Positions 60,462 through 64,000 of a stretch of DNA of 64,000 nucleotides are shown piece by piece; the stretch's first letter is position 1, and each line of letters begins with the position of its first letter. The DNA comes from an uncultured bacterium. Lineage in GTDB: Bacteria; Eisenbacteria; RBG-16-71-46; CAIMUX01. Below the pieces are notes generated by a model. The model saw only the letters and a list, made by a program, of their open reading frames with translations. It had not been told where the DNA came from and made no database searches. The DNA lies in assembly GCA_964636385.1 (NCBI GenBank), contig CAZWSC010000096.1:3593-67592 (forward strand). Direction: 5' to 3'. Made by a program: the position numbers and the translations under genes.

Positions 60462-62105
60462 ATGAGTGGGCAGGAACCAACCGTCATACCTCAGCCGGTA
60501 CGGATGACCCGGAGAGGCGGCACATTCGTCATCCACGAGCGAACCGTCGTGACGGCCTCGGGCGCTGCCGTGTCTGAAGCGCGGAAGCTGATCGAGGCGC
60601 TGGCCCCTGCCATGGGATTCGAGCTTCGGCTTAAGGTTGATGCTGCTGACGCCGATCCGCCCGACGGGTTCATCCGCCTTCGCCTGGGCGATCCGGCAGC
60701 CCGCCTGGCGGATACTGCGGAGGATGGCTTCCCGGTGGAATGTGGTCTGCGCAACCGATCCCTGGCTTCCGAGGGGTATCGCCTCGAGGTGACTACCGGG
60801 CGGATCGATCTGGAAGCACCCGGCGCGGCTGGACTCCACAACGGCATTCAGACAATCCGCCAACTCCTGCCGGCCGGGGTTTTCGGGAGCGGGCCGGCCG
60901 CCGGTGTGCAGTGGACCGTTCCGTGCGTCTCCATCCGGGATCGCCCGCGCTTCGGGTGGCGGGGCCTGATGCTGGATACGGTCCGCCACTTTCTGGCTGT
61001 CGACGACATCCTATCCTTCATCGACTGGATGGCGATGCACAAGCTCAACAGGCTTCAGCTGCACCTCACAGACGACCAGGGCTGGCGCGTGGAGATCCGC
61101 AGGTACCCCCGCCTCACGGAGGTCGGTGCTTGGCGGGACGAGACGCCTGTCGGCCACGCATCGAGTCTGCCGAAGGTGTATGATGGCCGCAGGCATGGCG
61201 GCTGTTACACACAGGAAGACATACACAGGATCGTGGCGCACGCGGCGCGGCGGCACATTGTCATCGTGCCCGAGATCGAGATGCCGGGTCACGCCCGCGC
61301 CGCCATCGCCGCATACCCGCATCTTGGCGTGTTCCCGGATGAACAGCACGGACTGCGTCCCTGGACCGAATGGGGGATCAGCGAGCAGATCTTCTCGCCA
61401 CGCAGGGAGGCGATCGACTTCCTGCAGGATGTGCTGCTCGAGGTCATGGAGCTCTTCCCGGGCGAGTTCATCCACATCGGTGGGGACGAGGCGGTCAAGG
61501 ATCACTGGAAACGGAGCGCGGAAGTGCAGGCGCAGATCCGAGAACTCGGGCTCGCCGGCGAGGAGGAACTGCAGAGCTGGTTCATCCGGCAGATGGATGC
61601 CTTCCTCACCTCGCACGGACGAAGGCTGATCGGCTGGGACGAGATTCTGGAAGGCGGACTGGCGCCCGGGGCCGCCGTCATGTCATGGCGCGGTGAGGAC
61701 GGCGGGATCACAGCCGCGCGTGCCGGACACGACGTCGTGATGGCGCCCGGGCGGCCGCTATACCTCGATCACTACCAGGGGCCGGAGGTTTCCGAGCCGC
61801 TTGCGATAGGGGGGATGAACACCCTGGAGGACATCCATCGCTACGAGCCGATTCCCGGCGTGATATGCGGGACCGAAGCCGGGCGGGTTCTGGGGGCGCA
61901 GGCGCAGCTGTGGAGCGAGTACATCCCGGACTTCCGGCACCTGCAGTACATGGCCTTCCCGCGCGCGTGCGCCTTCGCGGAGGCTGTGTGGTCTGCGCAG
62001 GATCGTCCCGGACTCGACGACTTCATCCGCAGGTTGAGGGTGCACACCCTGCGCCTGAAGAGCCTGGGTGTACACTACCGGCAGGATCCCGGACGACGCC
62101 TCTGA
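60462..62105 (+). CDS. GH20-family beta-N-acetylhexosaminidase
   Basis: In-frame ATG 60462. GH20 catalytic-domain motifs RFGWRGLMLDTVRHF, HLHLTDDQGWRVEI, IVPEIEMPGHA and HIGGDEAV. No obvious signal peptide. Confidence 0.8.
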   Translation: MSGQEPTVIPQPVRMTRRGGTFVIHERTVVTASGAAVSEARKLIEALAPAMGFELRLKVDAADADPPDGFIRLRLGDPAARLADTAEDGFPVECGLRNRSLASEGYRLEVTTGRIDLEAPGAAGLHNGIQTIRQLLPAGVFGSGPAAGVQWTVPCVSIRDRPRFGWRGLMLDTVRHFLAVDDILSFIDWMAMHKLNRLQLHLTDDQGWRVEIRRYPRLTEVGAWRDETPVGHASSLPKVYDGRRHGGCYTQEDIHRIVAHAARRHIVIVPEIEMPGHARAAIAAYPHLGVFPDEQHGLRPWTEWGISEQIFSPRREAIDFLQDVLLEVMELFPGEFIHIGGDEAVKDHWKRSAEVQAQIRELGLAGEEELQSWFIRQMDAFLTSHGRRLIGWDEILEGGLAPGAAVMSWRGEDGGITAARAGHDVVMAPGRPLYLDHYQGPEVSEPLAIGGMNTLEDIHRYEPIPGVICGTEAGRVLGAQAQLWSEYIPDFRHLQYMAFPRACAFAEAVWSAQDRPGLDDFIRRLRVHTLRLKSLGVHYRQDPGRRL

Positions 62106-62265
62106 GGAGAAGGCCGCCCCCCACCCGGGGAAGCGGTTTTCGGGAGTCCTTGACAGGGTCGTCCCATACTGTCCAGCCCGGATTGTGCTAAGCTGCGTGC
62201 CAGGGCCGGTTCCTCGTCTCCGGGTGGAGCCTTGAGCCGGGATCTTACTCGAGGTGTGACGAACC

Positions 62266-62889
62266 ATGGCAGCGAACACTCGACATGCGCGAAGTCACCT
62301 CCCGTTCCCCGGATGTCCGCGCAGGCGTTCCTGTGGCCGGGTGTTATCGGCCGGCTTATTGACCGGAGTCCTGCTGCTGCTCATCCTGCCCCTGGCTGTT
62401 CAGGCGGAATCGGGATTCGGACGTCCTGTCCAGATTCCTCTTCGTGCTCAACTCGGCTGCAATCCAACAGTATTCTCGCTGGGCGACACACTGGAGATTG
62501 TGGCCCGCCGCCGATTTCTTCTGTCCGCAGGGAAGACTGTGCCTTTGGGCCTGCTGACCGCAGCTCCCGACACCGCTCTACGGCGCAGTCATGCGCTCCA
62601 GATGATGCTCCAGCCCAGCGTCCACGAGCGATCCGCAATCGGCCGGGTCGTCTTCGGGGCAGGAAAGCTTGCGGGAACCGGGGCCGCCCTGGGCGGAGCG
62701 GGCATGGTATGCGGGTTGTGGGGCGAGAAGACCGCAGGCTGTCTCATGGGAGCGGGCGCCGTTCTGGGCGCACTGTGGGGCGGCACAATCGGCTCCGACA
62801 ACCCGGGGCTTCGTTTTGGAGTCGAAGTGGAATGGGATCCCGGCACGTCACCTGTACGAAGGGCGATGGATCCCGAGGAGCGCCACTAG
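62266..62889 (+). CDS. Hypothetical secreted/membrane protein with Gly-zipper-like segment
   Basis: 207 aa. Hydrophobic LLTGVLLLLILPLAVQA. GxxxG-rich GAGKLAGTGAALGGAGMVCGLWG. No family recognised. Could be non-coding. Confidence 0.3.
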   Translation: MAANTRHARSHLPFPGCPRRRSCGRVLSAGLLTGVLLLLILPLAVQAESGFGRPVQIPLRAQLGCNPTVFSLGDTLEIVARRRFLLSAGKTVPLGLLTAAPDTALRRSHALQMMLQPSVHERSAIGRVVFGAGKLAGTGAALGGAGMVCGLWGEKTAGCLMGAGAVLGALWGGTIGSDNPGLRFGVEVEWDPGTSPVRRAMDPEERH

Positions 62890-62943
62890 ACCATATGGAG
62901 CAACCGAGAGCACAGGAATGCCGTCGCCAGGGGAGGTTGAACA

Positions 62944-64000
62944 ATGGACTCACAGCTCAAGATCCTCATGGTGGACGCATCGAACGGCTACTACCGCGTC
63001 CAGCGCCACGAACTGGGTCGCTTCTTCGGTCCCGTGGATGCCGGGCTGCATCTCTCCGGGCAGCATAACAGCCTCAACATAGGCGGCGGTATCCTGGCCG
63101 GCTCGATCTTCCCGGGGTCGAATCGACTCATCTTCAGCGGGTTCTCGCCCTGCTGGGGCGGCTTCTACATCTCATCGATGGGCGGCGCGGCACTGGTCTT
63201 CGACAATCTCGGTCTCAGCATGGTTTCGATCGTCGGGCGGGCCCCGGTGCCTTCGGTCCTCTACCTCAACCGGACCCACGGCGAGGAGATCCGGGTCGAG
63301 ATCGTCCCGGTCGATTATGTGCGCGTGTGGAAGCGCGGACGCGGTGGCGTCTACGCGGTGATGCAACACCTGCTCGATCGCTTCGGCGAAAGGTACGAGA
63401 CCGACCCGCGCGCCCTGGCCGTGGGCCCGGCGGCCGAGAGCTCAGATTGCGGTGCGATCGCCTCGGCGCCAATAAAAGGCGATGAGGTGACCTACGTCGA
63501 TACCTGGGCCGGCCGCGGCGGTCTCGGATCGAAGCTCTTTCAGGAGCATGGGATCGTGGGGATCATCTACGGTGGCACATACGTCGATGAGGACTTCCGC
63601 GACCGGAAGGTAGCCGACTCCTGGTTCGAGCAGCACTACCAGCAGCGCATGGCGGCAAAGGACCTGCAGGCCACGAAGAAGTACAGGTTCGATCCGAAGT
63701 TCGGTACCGGCGGCACCTTCGGCGTGAACTACGCGACCCTCGGAGGCCGCGTCATAGCGTTCAACTACCGGTCGATCTACTGGCCCGAGGAGGATCGCCT
63801 CAATCTTCACAGGAACCTGATCGTCGATCACTACCTCAGGCAGTTCAACGAGGAGACGATCGAGCCTAAGCATCAGAAGACCTGTGGCGAACCGTGCAGC
63901 GCGGTGTGCAAGAAGATGCGCGGGGAGTACAAGAAGGACTACGAGCCGTATCAGACCATGGGGCCTCTGTGCGGGATCTTCGATCAGCGCGCCGCGGAAC
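62944..64000 (+). CDS. Aldehyde:ferredoxin oxidoreductase (tungsten/molybdopterin AOR family), 5' partial - runs off the window end
   Basis: Open frame from ATG 62944 to the window end (352 aa; I translated it manually, it is not in the supplied track). AOR N-domain pattern KILMVDASNGYYRVQ...IGGGILAGS...SGFSPCWGG. Later 4Fe-4S/pterin-region pattern KTCGEPCSAVCKKM...DYEPYQTMGPLCGIFD (cf CxxCxxxC...GPEYET..FGxxCGIxD). Confidence 0.65.
   Translation, partial: MDSQLKILMVDASNGYYRVQRHELGRFFGPVDAGLHLSGQHNSLNIGGGILAGSIFPGSNRLIFSGFSPCWGGFYISSMGGAALVFDNLGLSMVSIVGRAPVPSVLYLNRTHGEEIRVEIVPVDYVRVWKRGRGGVYAVMQHLLDRFGERYETDPRALAVGPAAESSDCGAIASAPIKGDEVTYVDTWAGRGGLGSKLFQEHGIVGIIYGGTYVDEDFRDRKVADSWFEQHYQQRMAAKDLQATKKYRFDPKFGTGGTFGVNYATLGGRVIAFNYRSIYWPEEDRLNLHRNLIVDHYLRQFNEETIEPKHQKTCGEPCSAVCKKMRGEYKKDYEPYQTMGPLCGIFDQRAAE

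Overview
High-GC (about 65-68%) bacterial chromosomal window, densely coding on both strands. No rRNA, tRNA, CRISPR, transposase or integrase genes were seen. Five ORFs end in the same Por-secretion (T9SS)/FlgD-Ig-like C-terminal domain, which suggests an FCB-group/Gemmatimonadota-like uncultivated lineage rather than a Bacteroides-type organism. Housekeeping and ordinary content: sdhA-sdhB, a TonB-dependent receptor, two SSF symporters, an MFS/EamA/DUF442 operon followed by a deoxynucleoside kinase, Bcp peroxiredoxin, an archaeal-type (class II) GAPDH, rpoZ, HtrA, a ferredoxin plus an FNR-like reductase upstream of queE-queC-queD, a heterodimeric ABC exporter pair, an RNase II/R-family enzyme and the N-terminal part of an aldehyde:ferredoxin oxidoreductase at the window edge. 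Accessory and unusual content: (i) a cluster of secreted peptidases (two tandem M1 aminopeptidases with T9SS-type tails, M32 carboxypeptidase, CPBP protease, HtrA); (ii) a large secreted PDZ protein built from about 12 copies of an unnamed 27-residue repeat; (iii) a secreted FGE-sulfatase-domain protein fused to a PQQ-type beta-propeller; (iv) a non-PUL N-glycan catabolic locus at about 46.4-62.1 kb with a PNGase F-family amidase, two GH38 alpha-mannosidases (one with a 330-aa N-terminal extension), a GH130 beta-1,4-mannosyl-GlcNAc-phosphorylase-like enzyme, an SSF importer, a CBM9-like secreted protein and a GH20 hexosaminidase; (v) a decayed M48 peptidase whose halves are separated by a C6 homopolymer frameshift; (vi) a short conserved C-terminal motif TWGV[LI]K[NS]LY[RE] shared by two unrelated secreted proteins. 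Coordinates of gene starts are taken from the ORF track plus in-frame start reassessment; all family assignments are motif-level readings of the translations without database searches.
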